Shown here: positions 27,479-38,187 of the stretch, piece by piece | Layout: the number at the start of each line of letters is the position of its first letter | How positions within the stretch are numbered: the first letter of the stretch is position 1 | Origin: Gammaproteobacteria bacterium | GTDB taxonomy: Bacteria > Pseudomonadota > Gammaproteobacteria > GCA-001735895 | Direction of reading: 5' to 3' | NCBI GenBank assembly: GCA_041564355.1 | Contig: JBFGQE010000001.1 | Coordinates: 1 to 41,988, forward strand | Length of the DNA: 41,988 nucleotides | Notes under the pieces: model-generated | What the model saw: only the letters and a program-made list of their open reading frames with translations | The model's database searches: none | What the model was told of the DNA's origin: nothing | Program-made: the position numbers and the translations under genes

Positions 27479-27498
27479 ATACTTGTCTATACAAGTAT
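27479..27498. promoter_or_regulatory. HutC-type operator palindrome ATACTTGT-ctat-ACAAGTAT in the divergent hutF/hutI control region
   Basis: Perfect 8-bp arms with a 4-bp spacer (27479-27498), centred in the 85-bp hutF-hutI intergenic region. The CTTGT..ACAAG core matches the HutC operator as I recall it from Pseudomonas/Klebsiella. Confidence 0.65.
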
Positions 27499-27514
27499 AG
27501 CTATCACGCGTTCA

Positions 27515-28738
27515 ATGTCGCAAACCCTGTTTACCAACGCTACCCTCGCCTGCATCGATGGCGAATACGGTTATGGCCTGCGCGAAGACGCCGCTTTGCT
27601 GGTCAAGGACGGCCTAATCGCCTGGCTCGGACCGATGCGGGAACGCCCGCGGGTGCGCGGCGCGGAGCGTATCGATTGTGGTCAACGCCTGGTGACACCC
27701 GGCCTGATCGATTGCCATACCCATCTGGTTTATGGCGGTGACCGCGCCGCCGAGTTCGAACAGCGGCTCGATGGCCTGAGTTACGCCGAGATCGCGGCCA
27801 ACGGCGGCGGCATCGTATCCACCGTGAACGCGACACGCAACGCGAGCGAGGCGGCGCTTTACGCGCAATCCCTGCCGCGTATCGAGCCGTTACTGAGCGA
27901 GGGCGTCACCACGCTGGAAATCAAGTCCGGCTACGGTCTCGACAGCGACAACGAAATCAAGATGCTGCGCGTCGCGCGCGAGCTCGGCGAACGGCTGGAC
28001 ATCCGCGTGCAGAAAACCTTTCTCGGCGCGCACGCGCTGCCGCCCGAGTACCAGGGTCGCGCGGACGATTACATCGATCTCGTCTGCGACGAAATGCTGC
28101 CGCGGGCGCTGGCCGAGGGCGTGGTCGATGCGGTCGACGTATTCATCGAGTCGATCGCTTTCAGTCTCGCGCAGGGACGCCGGGTGCTCGAGCGCGCGCG
28201 AGAACTGGGCTTGCCATGCAAAGCGCATGTCGAACAGCTCAGCGACCAGGGTAGCGCGGTCATGGCCGCGAGTCTCGGCGCGCTGTCGGTTGATCACCTC
28301 GAGTATTTGAACCGGGACGACGCCGATCGGATCGCGCAGCACGATTGCGTTGCGGTATTGCTGCCCGGCGCGTTTTACGTGCTGCGCGAGACGCAACTGC
28401 CGCCGATCGATCAGCTGCGCGTACATCACGTGCCGATCGCGATCGCCACCGACGCCAACCCGGGCAGTTCGCCGGTGCATTCAATCCTGCTAATCATGAA
28501 CATGGCCTGCACGTTGTTCCGCATGACCCCGGCCGAAGCCCTGCGCGGGGTCACGCTGCACGCGGCCAAAGCGCTCGGCCTGGCCGATGAAATCGGTTCT
28601 CTCGAAGTCGGCAAGCGCGCCGATATCGTGCTCTGGGATGTCGACAAGCCCTCGATGCTGAGTTACCGGATCGGCGTAAATCCCTGCGCCGCGGTGATGC
28701 AGGGCGGCCGCTGGCGTAACGGCGAGGCGCCCCGATGA
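27515..28738 (+). CDS. hutI: imidazolonepropionase
   Basis: 407-aa amidohydrolase ORF (PGLIDCHTHLVYGG, ...ATDANPGSSP). It is the first gene of the plus-strand hut operon. Confidence 0.92.
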   Translation: MSQTLFTNATLACIDGEYGYGLREDAALLVKDGLIAWLGPMRERPRVRGAERIDCGQRLVTPGLIDCHTHLVYGGDRAAEFEQRLDGLSYAEIAANGGGIVSTVNATRNASEAALYAQSLPRIEPLLSEGVTTLEIKSGYGLDSDNEIKMLRVARELGERLDIRVQKTFLGAHALPPEYQGRADDYIDLVCDEMLPRALAEGVVDAVDVFIESIAFSLAQGRRVLERARELGLPCKAHVEQLSDQGSAVMAASLGALSVDHLEYLNRDDADRIAQHDCVAVLLPGAFYVLRETQLPPIDQLRVHHVPIAIATDANPGSSPVHSILLIMNMACTLFRMTPAEALRGVTLHAAKALGLADEIGSLEVGKRADIVLWDVDKPSMLSYRIGVNPCAAVMQGGRWRNGEAPR

Positions 28739-29496
28739 GTGCGATTCTCGACAGTTTCGACGACATCAGCAGGGCCGCGCCGGAGCCGATCTACCAGCAG
28801 ATCAAGACCCTGATTGCGCGGCGCATTGCCAGCGGTGAATGGACTGCGGGGCAAAAGTTGCCGTCGGAAAACGAGCTCGTCGCCGCGCTCGGCGTCAGTC
28901 GCATGACGATCAACCGCGCGTTGCGTGAACTGACCCAGCAGGGCCTGATCCGGCGCGTGCACGGAATCGGATCTTTCGTCGCCGAAACCCCGCGCCACGC
29001 GAGCCTGATCGAACTGCAGGATATCGCGCTCGAGATCGGACGGGTTGGCAGGCATCACAGCTCGCGCGTGCTCGCGCTGGAGACGCTTACGCCGTCAGCG
29101 GCGGTTGCGCTGCAGATGGAGCTCGACGCGGGGGTACCGCTTTACCACCTGCGCGCGGTGCATTACCAGGACGAGCAGCCGATACAGCTCGAATCGCGGT
29201 ACGTGAACCCCCGCCTGATGCCTGAATTCATCGACCAGGATTTCACCCGGATTACCGCGACGGCTTACCTGCTCGAGCAGTTCAAGCCGGACGAAATGGA
29301 GCACCGGGTGCGGGCGATCCTGCCGGACGTCTCCACCGCCGAACTGCTGTCGCTGCCACTCGAGTCACCCTGCCTGCAGTTAACCCGTCGCACCTGGAAA
29401 GACAACCAGGTTGTCACCTACGTGACGCTGACCTATCCCGGAGACCGCTACGAACTCGGCGCGCGTTACGCGACCCATGAATATCAACCGCGCTGA
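28735..29496 (+). CDS. hutC: histidine utilisation repressor (GntR family, UTRA effector domain)
   Basis: 253-aa ORF with the Gnt[45 protein letters not shown]. Its start overlaps the hutI stop (ATGA). Confidence 0.9.
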   Translation: MSAILDSFDDISRAAPEPIYQQIKTLIARRIASGEWTAGQKLPSENELVAALGVSRMTINRALRELTQQGLIRRVHGIGSFVAETPRHASLIELQDIALEIGRVGRHHSSRVLALETLTPSAAVALQMELDAGVPLYHLRAVHYQDEQPIQLESRYVNPRLMPEFIDQDFTRITATAYLLEQFKPDEMEHRVRAILPDVSTAELLSLPLESPCLQLTRRTWKDNQVVTYVTLTYPGDRYELGARYATHEYQPR

Positions 29497-29519
29497 GCGC
29501 AACCGATGAGGACAAGACC

Positions 29520-31193
29520 ATGCCTTTAGACCGAACCGACAACAGCCGCAAGATCCGCGCGCCGCGCGGCAGCGAACTGACCTGCAAGAGCTGGCTCAGC
29601 GAAGTCCCGTACCGCATGATCCAGAACAATCTCGATCCCGAGGTGGCCGAGAAACCGGAACAGCTGATCGTTTACGGCGGCATCGGCCGCGCCGCGCGCA
29701 ACTGGGAATGCTACGACAAGATTCTCGAATGCCTGCGTGAACTCGAAGACGACGAAAGCCTGCTGGTGCAGTCGGGCAAGCCGGTCGGCGTGTTCAAGAC
29801 CCACGTCGACGCGCCGCGCGTGTTGATCGCGAACTCGAACCTGGTGCCGGCCTGGGCCAACTGGGAGCACTTCAACGAGCTCGACCGCAAGGGCCTGATG
29901 ATGTTCGGCCAGATGACCGCCGGCTCGTGGATTTACATCGGCAGCCAGGGCATCGTGCAGGGTACCTACGAAACCTTTGCCGAGGCCGGGCGGCAGCATT
30001 TCGACGGCGATACCGCGGGCAAATGGATCCTGACCTCGGGCCTCGGCGGTATGGGCGGCGCGCAGCCGCTGGCCGCGACCATGGCGGGTTACAGCATCTT
30101 GTGCGTCGAGTGCGACGAGACGCGCATCGATTTTCGGTTGCGTACGAAGTACCTGGATAAACGCGCCGCTTCGCTCGACGAGGCGCTGCAAATGATAGAC
30201 GACGCCTGCGCGAAGGGTGAGGCCCTGTCAGTCGGACTGCTCGGCAACGCCGCCGATGTTCTGCCCGAACTGGTCAAGCGCGGTGTGAAACCGAATCTCG
30301 TCACCGACCAGACCTCGGCGCACGACCCGGTCAACGGATACCTGCCGCTGGGCTGGGGCATGGAGGAGTGGGAAATGCGACGCAACACCGATCCCGAACG
30401 CGTCGCCCGCGAAGCGCGCAAGTCGATGGCGGTGCACGTGCGCGCGATGCTCGATTTTCACGCGCAGGGAATCCCGACTGTCGATTACGGCAACAACATT
30501 CGCCAGGAAGCCTTCAACCAGGGCGTGAAGAACGCGTTCGATTTCCCCGGTTTCGTGCCGGCCTACATCCGGCCGCTCTTTTGTAAGGGCATCGGGCCAT
30601 TTCGCTGGGTCGCGCTGTCCGGCGACCCGGAAGACATTTACAAGACCGACGCGAAGGTCAAGGAACTGATTCCGGACGATCCACATTTGCACAACTGGCT
30701 CGACATGGCGCAAAGCCGCATCAGTTTCCAGGGCCTGCCGGCGCGGATTTGCTGGGTCGGCCTCGGTGACCGCGACCGGCTCGGTCTCGCCTTCAACGAA
30801 ATGGTAAAAAATGGCGAACTCAAGGCGCCGGTCGTCATCGGTCGCGATCACCTCGATTCGGGATCGGTGGCGAGTCCGAACCGCGAGACCGAGGCGATGC
30901 AGGACGGTTCAGACGCGGTCTCCGACTGGGCGCTGCTGAACCTGCTGCTGAGCACGTCGGGAGGCGCGACCTGGGTATCTTTCCACCATGGTGGCGGCGT
31001 CGGCATGGGCTACGCGCAGCATGCCGGACTGGTTATTTGCTGCGACGGCTCGGATGCGGCCGCGGTGCGCATCGGGCGCGTGTTGTGGAACGATCCGGCC
31101 AGCGGCGTGATGCGCCACGCCGATGCCGGCTACGAAGCAGCGAAAGCCTGCGCGCGCGAGCATGGTCTGAACCTCGGTGCGATCGAGTTGTGA
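29520..31193 (+). CDS. hutU: urocanate hydratase
   Basis: 557-aa ORF with the N-terminus [55 protein letters not shown], typical of urocanase. Confidence 0.93.
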   Translation: MPLDRTDNSRKIRAPRGSELTCKSWLSEVPYRMIQNNLDPEVAEKPEQLIVYGGIGRAARNWECYDKILECLRELEDDESLLVQSGKPVGVFKTHVDAPRVLIANSNLVPAWANWEHFNELDRKGLMMFGQMTAGSWIYIGSQGIVQGTYETFAEAGRQHFDGDTAGKWILTSGLGGMGGAQPLAATMAGYSILCVECDETRIDFRLRTKYLDKRAASLDEALQMIDDACAKGEALSVGLLGNAADVLPELVKRGVKPNLVTDQTSAHDPVNGYLPLGWGMEEWEMRRNTDPERVAREARKSMAVHVRAMLDFHAQGIPTVDYGNNIRQEAFNQGVKNAFDFPGFVPAYIRPLFCKGIGPFRWVALSGDPEDIYKTDAKVKELIPDDPHLHNWLDMAQSRISFQGLPARICWVGLGDRDRLGLAFNEMVKNGELKAPVVIGRDHLDSGSVASPNRETEAMQDGSDAVSDWALLNLLLSTSGGATWVSFHHGGGVGMGYAQHAGLVICCDGSDAAAVRIGRVLWNDPASGVMRHADAGYEAAKACAREHGLNLGAIEL

Positions 31194-31246
31194 AGATCGC
31201 CGAGCCGCTCTCTTCGAACGAAGGGTTGCAGGCTTCTCCCTTCGAA

Positions 31247-31317
31247 GGGGTCAGAGAATAATTTTCGGTGAATGAGGTGGGGTAGGATAAACGCGGCGAA
31301 AATTATTCTCTGACCCC
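31247..31317. repeat. 21-bp perfect inverted repeat with a 29-nt spacer (REP/MITE-like element or long hairpin)
   Basis: GGGGTCAGAGAATAATTTTCG (31247-31267) is the exact reverse complement of CGAAAATTATTCTCTGACCCC (31297-31317). It lies between the convergent hutU and tcdA genes, and no U/T tract follows either arm. Confidence 0.85.
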
Positions 31318-31384
31318 GGCGGTTCATTACGGCATCGATGCCGGCAAGGCGATCGATTTTCTGCGCCGGCAAACCGCCTGAACT

Positions 31385-32173
31385 TCAGGCGTTCGACTTC
31401 AGGTATTTTTTGATTGCGTGCGCGGCCGCGGTGAAGCCGAAGCAGGCGGTTACGCCGACGAACGCGCCGATGCCGGTGGCGCAATCGAGCGTGGTGCGCT
31501 CCGGGGTGCCAGGTTTGGCGTGGCTGACCGCGCCGTCTTCTGCCGGGTAGAGTGGTTGCTCGGTGGAGAATACGCAATCCATCGCGTAACGCCGCTGCGG
31601 GTTACGGCTGTAGCCGAGCTGCTGGCGCAGCGTCGCGCGCACCTTGGCGAGCAATGGATCGTTGTAACTCAGCGTCAGGTCCTTGACCTCGATCCGCGTC
31701 GGGTCGGTCAGCCCACCGGCGCCGCCGGTGGACACGCAACGGATCTTGTTACGCCGGCAATGGTGCATCAGGCTCAGTTTGTGGCTGACGTGGTCGATGG
31801 CGTCGATCACGTAGTCGTACTGCGCGAACTCGAACTTGTCGACGTTGCCGCGCGTGACCAGGTCGTCGATCGCGGTGCACTCGCACTCGGGATTGATCTC
31901 GAGAATGCGCTCGCGCAAGACCTCGACCTTGGAGCGCCCGAGGGTCGACGCGAGACTGTGCAGCTGGCGATTGGTGTTGCTGATGTGGACGTCGTCATGA
32001 TCGACCAGCGTAATCGCGCCGATGCCCGAGCGCGCGCAGGCTTCCGCCGCCCAGGAGCCGACGCCGCCGACGCCGACCACGCAGAAATGCGCCGCCTGCA
32101 GCCGCGCGAGCGCGGGCTCCCCGTAGACACGGGCGAGGCCTTCGAAGCGGTCGCGGTAAGACTGGTTCAACAT
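31385..32173 (-). CDS. tcdA: tRNA threonylcarbamoyladenosine dehydratase (ThiF/E1-like)
   Basis: It contains VVGVGGVGSWAAEACARSGIGAITLVDHDDVHISNTNRQ. I chose ATG 32173 (MLNQSYRDRFEGLARVYGE...) because it aligns with the E. coli TcdA N-terminus as I remember it. The ORF-track start at 32224 adds 17 residues. Confidence 0.85.
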   Translation of the reverse strand: MLNQSYRDRFEGLARVYGEPALARLQAAHFCVVGVGGVGSWAAEACARSGIGAITLVDHDDVHISNTNRQLHSLASTLGRSKVEVLRERILEINPECECTAIDDLVTRGNVDKFEFAQYDYVIDAIDHVSHKLSLMHHCRRNKIRCVSTGGAGGLTDPTRIEVKDLTLSYNDPLLAKVRATLRQQLGYSRNPQRRYAMDCVFSTEQPLYPAEDGAVSHAKPGTPERTTLDCATGIGAFVGVTACFGFTAAAHAIKKYLKSNA

Positions 32174-32280
32174 CGGCGGCGTGTTAAAAAAATCGCAGCC
32201 TAAGTGTATTGGTCTAGACTCCAACTGTCATTACAATAGGTCGCCCCGTCGCCCTTGTAAGCCGCTACCTGGAAGATCGC

Positions 32281-32907
32281 ATGAACGCTGCCTGCCTGTT
32301 TACCATTTCGGCCCCGTCCGGGGCAGGCAAGACCAGCCTCGTGCGCGCGTTGCTCGAGCAGTGTGCTGAGCAGGTCGCGGTCAGCGTATCGCACACCACG
32401 CGGCCGATGCGTCCGGGCGATGTCGACGGCACGGATTACCATTTCATCGACCGTGAAGCCTTCCAGGCGATGATCGACAACAACGAGTTTCTCGAGCATG
32501 CGCAAGTATTCGATAACCTGTATGGCACCGCGCGCGCGTCGGTCGAGGCCTTGCTTGCCAGCGGCAAGCACGTGATTCTCGAGATCGACTGGCAGGGCGC
32601 GCGCCAGGTGCGGGCGAAGATGCCCGACACGGTCGGAATCTTCATTCTGCCGCCGTCGCGCAAGGAACTGGAGCAACGCTTGCGCGCGCGCGGAACCGAC
32701 GACGAAACCATCATCGCGCGCCGCATGCGCGACGCCGACCGCGAAATGTCGCATTTCCAGGATGCCGATTACCTCGTCATCAACGCGGAATTCGACCAGG
32801 CGGTGCTGGACCTCGACGCGATCATCCGCGCGCAGGGACTCACGCTGCCAAGACAGATGGCGAAACACCAGACCCTGGTCGAGTCGATCCCCGATGAAAT
32901 CGAGTAG
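32281..32907 (+). CDS. gmk: guanylate kinase
   Basis: 208-aa ORF with the P-loop ISAPSGAGKTSL, followed by HTTRPMRPGDVDGTDYHF. Confidence 0.93.
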   Translation: MNAACLFTISAPSGAGKTSLVRALLEQCAEQVAVSVSHTTRPMRPGDVDGTDYHFIDREAFQAMIDNNEFLEHAQVFDNLYGTARASVEALLASGKHVILEIDWQGARQVRAKMPDTVGIFILPPSRKELEQRLRARGTDDETIIARRMRDADREMSHFQDADYLVINAEFDQAVLDLDAIIRAQGLTLPRQMAKHQTLVESIPDEIE

Positions 32908-32939
32908 CTTGCCGGCCCGATTTTTTTACGCGAAAGCCT

Positions 32940-32967
32940 TTGAATTAGCGATGTTTTTGGCTATCAT
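32940..32967 (+). promoter_or_regulatory. candidate sigma70 promoter for rpoZ-spoT (TTGAAT-N16-TATCAT)
   Basis: TTGAAT sits at 32940-32945 and TATCAT at 32962-32967, ~33 nt upstream of the rpoZ ATG. This rests on sequence match only. Confidence 0.3.
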
Positions 32968-32999
32968 TGCGCCCCTTTTCCGAACCCCGAGTAAACCCC

Positions 33000-33293
33000 A
33001 TGGCGCGCATTACTGTTGAAGACTGTCTCGAGCACGTAGAAAACCGCTTTGACCTCGTGTTGCTGGCGGCTCGACGCGCGCGCCAGATCGCCCAGGGCGC
33101 CGACCCGCTGGTGCCGCCGGAAAATGACAAGCCCACCGTGCTTGCGCTGCGCGAGATCGCGGAAAACCTGATCAATACCTCGTCGATGGACGAAATGGAA
33201 GCCCAGGCCGAGATCGAAAAAATCACCAACGACGACGACCTGATCCGGCAGATCGCCCAGGCCAGCATGGAAGTCGACGACCAGCCCGAGTAA
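33000..33293 (+). CDS. rpoZ: DNA-directed RNA polymerase subunit omega
   Basis: The ATG at 33000 gives [31 protein letters not shown], the canonical omega N-terminus. The ORF-track start (32967) adds 11 unlikely residues. Confidence 0.92.
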   Translation: MARITVEDCLEHVENRFDLVLLAARRARQIAQGADPLVPPENDKPTVLALREIAENLINTSSMDEMEAQAEIEKITNDDDLIRQIAQASMEVDDQPE

Positions 33294-33422
33294 GCGCTTC
33301 AATTTCAAATAGTTACCGCCGCTGCCGCGCTCCCCGCGGCACCGCGTTTGCTTGTGCCGGCAACTTGTAAATGTGTTATATAACCCCATTAACTAGATGT
33401 TAATGGTCATGTAGCGGCACGA

Positions 33423-35588
33423 ATGCAGGCGAACCAAGCCAATCTGTTCGAAGTGATCCCCGGCGATGCCGCGGTCAGCGACGACAAAACCCGAATTTCA
33501 GAGCTCTGCGCCGAACTCGAAACCTATCTCGAGCCGGCTCAAGTAGAAGAGGTTTACCAGGCTTACCTGGTCGGCGCCGAGGCGCACGACGGGCAAAGCC
33601 GCGTCTCCGGCGAACCCTATATCAGCCATCCGGTTGCGGTCGCGCGCATTCTTGCCGAGATGCGCATGGACCATAAGAGCATCATCGCCGCGATCCTGCA
33701 TGACGTGATCGAGGATACGCCCACGCTAAAAGAGCAGATTGCGAAGCGTTTCGGCGAGGAAGTCGCCGAGCTGGTCGACGGCGTGAGCAAGCTGACCCAG
33801 ATCGACTTTCGCAGCAAGGCCGAGGCGCAGGCGGAAAATTTCCGCAAGATGATGCTGGCGATGGTCAAGGATATCCGCGTGATCATCATCAAGCTCGCCG
33901 ATCGCCTGCACAACATGCGTACCCTCGAGGTGATGGGCCCGGACAAGCGCCGCCGCATCGCGCGCGAGACCATGGATATCTATGCGCCGATCGCAAATCG
34001 GCTGGGTATCTTCAAGATGCGCCATGAGTTGCTCGACCTCGCGATCAAGGCGGCCTACCCGATGCGCTACCGGGCGCTCGAAAGCGCGTGCAAGGAAGTG
34101 GTCGGTTACCGCAAGGAAATCTTCAACACGATCGAGGCGGCAATACGTCAGCGTCTCAAAGAGGCTGGCATCGACGCGACGGTCAAGTACCGGCAGAAAA
34201 ACATCCACAGCATTTATCGCAAGATGAAGGAGAAGAAGCTCAGCTTCAAGGAGCTCACCGACGTCTTCGGCGTGCGCATCATGACCCACTCGGTGGACGA
34301 TTGTTACCGCGTGCTCGGCGTTATGCATAACCTGTACAAGCCGCTGCCGGGCAAGTTCAAGGATTACCTTGCGATCCCGAAGACCAACGGCTACCAGTCG
34401 CTGCACTCGAGCCTGTTCGGGCCGCACGGGGTCGCCATCGAGGTGCAAATCCGCACCGTCGAGATGGACCACTTCGCCGAGTCAGGCATCGCCGCGCACT
34501 GGATTTACAAGGAAGGGGATAACAGCACGACCAGCGCGCAGGGGCGCGCGCTCGAATGGCTCAAGAGCCTGCTCGAGATGCAGCAGAAAACCGGCAGTTC
34601 GCAGGAGTTTCTCGAGAGCGTCAAGGTCGACCTGTTCCCGGACGAGATCTACGTATTTACGCCCAAGGGCGACATCAAGAAACTGCCACGCGGTGCAACC
34701 GTGGTCGACTTCGCCTACGCGGTGCATACCGATGTCGGCAACACCTGCGTTGCCGCGCGCATCGACCACCACATGTCGCCACTCGGTAGCCGGCTGTACA
34801 ACGGTCAGACGATCGAGATCATCTGTTCCGAGGCGAGCCGCCCGCACCCGAGCTGGCTCGATTTCGTCACCACCGCCAAGGCACGCACGAATATCCGCCA
34901 CTTCCTCAAGTCGCTGCAAAAGGCCGAGGCGATCTCGCTCGGCCAGCGCCTGCTGCAGCAGTCGGTTAGCCAGATCGTGGGTCGCGACGTATCGATCTCG
35001 AGACGCCGCTTCAAGAAAGTGCTCGATCAGTATCACATGTCGGACAAGAAGGAGTTGCTCGCCGAGATCGGGCTGGGCAATCGAAACTCGAGCCTGGTGG
35101 CGAAAGCGATGTACGACATCGAGGAAGACACCACCGGCTTCGACGAGGCCGGCAAGCCGCTCGCGATCAAGGGCACCGAAGGCATGGTCGTGTCTTTCGC
35201 CAAGTGCTGTCGCCCGGTACCGGGCGATCCAATTGCCGGCTTCATGTCCTCGGGCAAGGGCATCGTAATCCACCAGCGAACCTGTCCGAATATTACCGAG
35301 CGCAGCAAGGAGGACCGGCAGCTGTCGGTACAGTGGTCGGACCATGTCGAGGGCGAGTACCTTGCCTTCATGCGCGTTCAGGTCGCCAACCAGCGCGGCG
35401 TACTGGCGACGCTGGCGGCGACCATCGCCAACATGGCGTCGAATATCGAGCATGTTCACCTGACCGAAAAGGATGGCCGCATCTCGACCATCGAGTTCGT
35501 CATCACGGTCAACGACCGAATCCACCTCGCGCGGATCATGAAAAAACTGCGCAGCCTGCCGGTGGTCAACCGCATCTGGCGCAGATAG
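33423..35588 (+). CDS. spoT: bifunctional (p)ppGpp synthetase II / guanosine-3',5'-bis(diphosphate) 3'-pyrophosphohydrolase
   Basis: 721-aa ORF. It has the HD hydrolase block ([31 protein letters not shown]), the RelA/SpoT synthetase region, and TGS and ACT-like C-terminal domains. Its position after rpoZ also fits. Confidence 0.93.
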   Translation: MQANQANLFEVIPGDAAVSDDKTRISELCAELETYLEPAQVEEVYQAYLVGAEAHDGQSRVSGEPYISHPVAVARILAEMRMDHKSIIAAILHDVIEDTPTLKEQIAKRFGEEVAELVDGVSKLTQIDFRSKAEAQAENFRKMMLAMVKDIRVIIIKLADRLHNMRTLEVMGPDKRRRIARETMDIYAPIANRLGIFKMRHELLDLAIKAAYPMRYRALESACKEVVGYRKEIFNTIEAAIRQRLKEAGIDATVKYRQKNIHSIYRKMKEKKLSFKELTDVFGVRIMTHSVDDCYRVLGVMHNLYKPLPGKFKDYLAIPKTNGYQSLHSSLFGPHGVAIEVQIRTVEMDHFAESGIAAHWIYKEGDNSTTSAQGRALEWLKSLLEMQQKTGSSQEFLESVKVDLFPDEIYVFTPKGDIKKLPRGATVVDFAYAVHTDVGNTCVAARIDHHMSPLGSRLYNGQTIEIICSEASRPHPSWLDFVTTAKARTNIRHFLKSLQKAEAISLGQRLLQQSVSQIVGRDVSISRRRFKKVLDQYHMSDKKELLAEIGLGNRNSSLVAKAMYDIEEDTTGFDEAGKPLAIKGTEGMVVSFAKCCRPVPGDPIAGFMSSGKGIVIHQRTCPNITERSKEDRQLSVQWSDHVEGEYLAFMRVQVANQRGVLATLAATIANMASNIEHVHLTEKDGRISTIEFVITVNDRIHLARIMKKLRSLPVVNRIWRR

Positions 35589-35644
35589 CGGTTGTAAGCG
35601 CAACGAATACCCGCATAATCGCCCTTTTCGAGCCGGAGACCAGC

Positions 35645-36028
35645 ATGAGCAAAACCATTATCCAGACCGATAACGCACCGCAGGCAATCGGCACCTACTC
35701 GCAGGCAGTCAAGGTCGATAATACGGTTTACATCTCTGGCCAGATCCCGCTCGACCCGGCGACCATGGAGGTCGTCGAAGGCGGTATCGAGGCCGAGATC
35801 ACGCGCGTGTTCGATAACCTGCAAGCCGTTGCCGAGGCTTCGGGCGGGAGTCTCGTCAACGTGGTTAAACTGAATATTTTTCTCGTCGACCTCGGTAACT
35901 TCCCCACGGTCAACGAAATCATGGCGCGTTATTTCAGCGAACCCTACCCGGCGCGCGCCGCGATCGGCGTCGCCGCGCTGCCCAAGGGCGTCGGCGTGGA
36001 GATGGATGCGGTGCTCGTTCTCGACTAA
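35645..36028 (+). CDS. ridA: RidA family reactive-intermediate deaminase (YjgF/UK114)
   Basis: The ATG at 35645 gives [38 protein letters not shown]...[25 protein letters not shown] (127 aa). The upstream part of the 274-aa ORF overlaps spoT in another frame. Confidence 0.9.
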   Translation: MSKTIIQTDNAPQAIGTYSQAVKVDNTVYISGQIPLDPATMEVVEGGIEAEITRVFDNLQAVAEASGGSLVNVVKLNIFLVDLGNFPTVNEIMARYFSEPYPARAAIGVAALPKGVGVEMDAVLVLD

Positions 36029-36035
36029 GCATGGA

Positions 36036-38129
36036 ATGGAGCACTGGTCCGCACAGGGATTGCGTTACCTGAAAGGAGTCGGCCCGCGGATTGCGGAAAA
36101 GTTACAGCGCCTCGGCCTGAATACGCAACGCGACCTGTTGTTCCATCTGCCGCTGCGTTACGAGGATCGTACCTTCGTTACCCCACTCGGTTCGTTGCAA
36201 CCCGGGCAGCGAAGCCAGATCCAGGCCGAGGTTCTGCATGTCGGCGTTCGCTTCCGGCGCCAGGGTCGTTCTCGCCGCGTGCTGGTGGCGAAGCTCGCCG
36301 ACGCCACCGGGCTGATCACCGTGCGCTTCTTCTATTTCGGCGCCAACCAGCAAAAACTCTTCGACAAGGGCAATTGGCTGCGCTGCTTCGGGGAGGTACG
36401 CGTTGTCCAGGGCGAGCTCGAAATGGTCCATCCGGAAACCGAGCTCATCGATATCGACGACCCGCCGGCGCTGCCCACAACTCTGACCCCAATTTATCCG
36501 ACCACCGAGGGCCTGCACCAGATATCGATCAAGCGCATCGTGCGCCAGGCGATCGACAAGCTCCGCGAAGACGGTATTGGCGAAACCCTGCCCGGGGACT
36601 GGCTCGAGCAGCACGAGTTTCCCGATATTACCTCGGCGATGCTCGTCCTGCACAGTCCCGAGAGCCGCGAGGCCAGCGAGCTGATCGCGCAGCAACGTCA
36701 CCCGGCCCAGCATCGTTTCGTGGTCGAGGAGCTCGCCGCGCACCGGCTCGCGCTGCTCGAGCGTCGACGCCGGATTCGGCTGCGCCGCAACCCGGAAATC
36801 GCGCCGGACGACCGCCTGCAAAAGCGCTTGATCGACACCCTGCCGTTTACCCTGACCGGGGCGCAACGGCGCGTGCTGCAGCACTTGATGCAGGATTTCG
36901 CCAGCGGCAAACCGATGATTCGCCTGGTGCAGGGCGACGTTGGCTCGGGCAAGACCGTGGTCGCGGCGCTGGCCGCGTTGCCGGTGGTCTCGGCCGGGTA
37001 CCAGGTTGCGCTGATGGCGCCGACCGAGATTCTCGCCGCGCAGCATTTCCAGAACCTGGACCAGTGGCTGACGCCGCTCGGAGTCCGCGTGGTCAATCTC
37101 GTCGGCGCGGACAAGGGCCGTAAGCGCACGCAGAAAGAGGCGCTGATCGCGTCCGGCGAGGCGCAGGTCGTGGTCGGCACGCACGCGCTGTTCCAGGCCA
37201 GCGTCGAGTTCCATCGTCTCGGCTTCATCATCTTCGACGAACAGCATCGCTTCGGCGTCGATCAGCGCCTCGCGTTGCAAAAAAAGACGCGCGACGATGA
37301 AATGGCGCACCAGTTGATCATGACCGCCACGCCGATCCCGCGCACGCTGGCGATGTCGATCTACGCCGATCTCGACTATTCGCAAATCGACGAGCTGCCG
37401 CCGGGACGCAAGCCGGTGACGACCTCGATCGTCTCCGAACAACAGCGCGCCAGCCTGATCAAGCGCGTCGCGACCGCCTGCGCCGACGGCGGGCAGGTTT
37501 ACTGGGTGTGCACGCTGGTCGAGGAATCCGATCTGCTGCAGGCGGAAGCCGCGGAGCTCACCTACGAGAGCCTCAAGACGGTCCTGCCCGAGCTTAACGT
37601 CGAACTCGTGCACGGGCGCATGAAAACGGCGGAAAAAGACCGGGCAATCAGCCGTTTCAAGGCTGGCGAGGTGCATATCCTGGTCGCGACCACGGTGATC
37701 GAAGTCGGCGTCGACGTACCCAACGCGAGCATCATGATCATCGAAAACCCGGAGCGGCTGGGGCTGGCGCAAATCCATCAGCTGCGAGGCCGGGTCGGTC
37801 GCGGCGCGCGGGAAAGTTTTTGTATCCTGCTGGTCAAGAACGGTCTCTCCGAGCTTGCGCGCAAGCGTCTCGATATCATTCGCCGCAGCCAGGACGGTTT
37901 CGAAATCGCCGAGAAGGACCTCGAGATTCGCGGCGCCGGCGAAGTGCTTGGCACGCGCCAGACCGGGGAGCAGAGCTTCAAGATTGCGGACCTGATGCGC
38001 GACCGGGAATGGTTCGCCGAGGCGGAGCAGCTGGCCGACCTGATGCAGCGCCCGGAGTACGCCGAGATGCGTGACGAACTGCTGCATAACTGGGTAGGCC
38101 AGCGCCAGGACTATACCGCGGTTGGCTAG
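36036..38129 (+). CDS. recG: ATP-dependent DNA helicase RecG
   Basis: It has Walker A GDVGSGKT, the DEQH box (FDEQHRFG) and the N-terminal wedge-domain region. I chose ATG 36036 (MEHWSAQGLRYLKGVGPRIAEKL). ATG 36006 would overlap ridA. Confidence 0.92.
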   Translation: MEHWSAQGLRYLKGVGPRIAEKLQRLGLNTQRDLLFHLPLRYEDRTFVTPLGSLQPGQRSQIQAEVLHVGVRFRRQGRSRRVLVAKLADATGLITVRFFYFGANQQKLFDKGNWLRCFGEVRVVQGELEMVHPETELIDIDDPPALPTTLTPIYPTTEGLHQISIKRIVRQAIDKLREDGIGETLPGDWLEQHEFPDITSAMLVLHSPESREASELIAQQRHPAQHRFVVEELAAHRLALLERRRRIRLRRNPEIAPDDRLQKRLIDTLPFTLTGAQRRVLQHLMQDFASGKPMIRLVQGDVGSGKTVVAALAALPVVSAGYQVALMAPTEILAAQHFQNLDQWLTPLGVRVVNLVGADKGRKRTQKEALIASGEAQVVVGTHALFQASVEFHRLGFIIFDEQHRFGVDQRLALQKKTRDDEMAHQLIMTATPIPRTLAMSIYADLDYSQIDELPPGRKPVTTSIVSEQQRASLIKRVATACADGGQVYWVCTLVEESDLLQAEAAELTYESLKTVLPELNVELVHGRMKTAEKDRAISRFKAGEVHILVATTVIEVGVDVPNASIMIIENPERLGLAQIHQLRGRVGRGARESFCILLVKNGLSELARKRLDIIRRSQDGFEIAEKDLEIRGAGEVLGTRQTGEQSFKIADLMRDREWFAEAEQLADLMQRPEYAEMRDELLHNWVGQRQDYTAVG

Positions 38130-38187
38130 TGGGTCCTGCTTATTGCCTGTTGCGAGCGGCAGCGCCTTTGCGCTTTAATGGGCCACG

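Noticed and set aside
36102-38087. 661-aa ORF antisense to recG
   Set aside because: No recognisable motifs, and it is co-extensive with a well-supported helicase gene. Long stop-free antisense frames are expected with strong GC3 bias.
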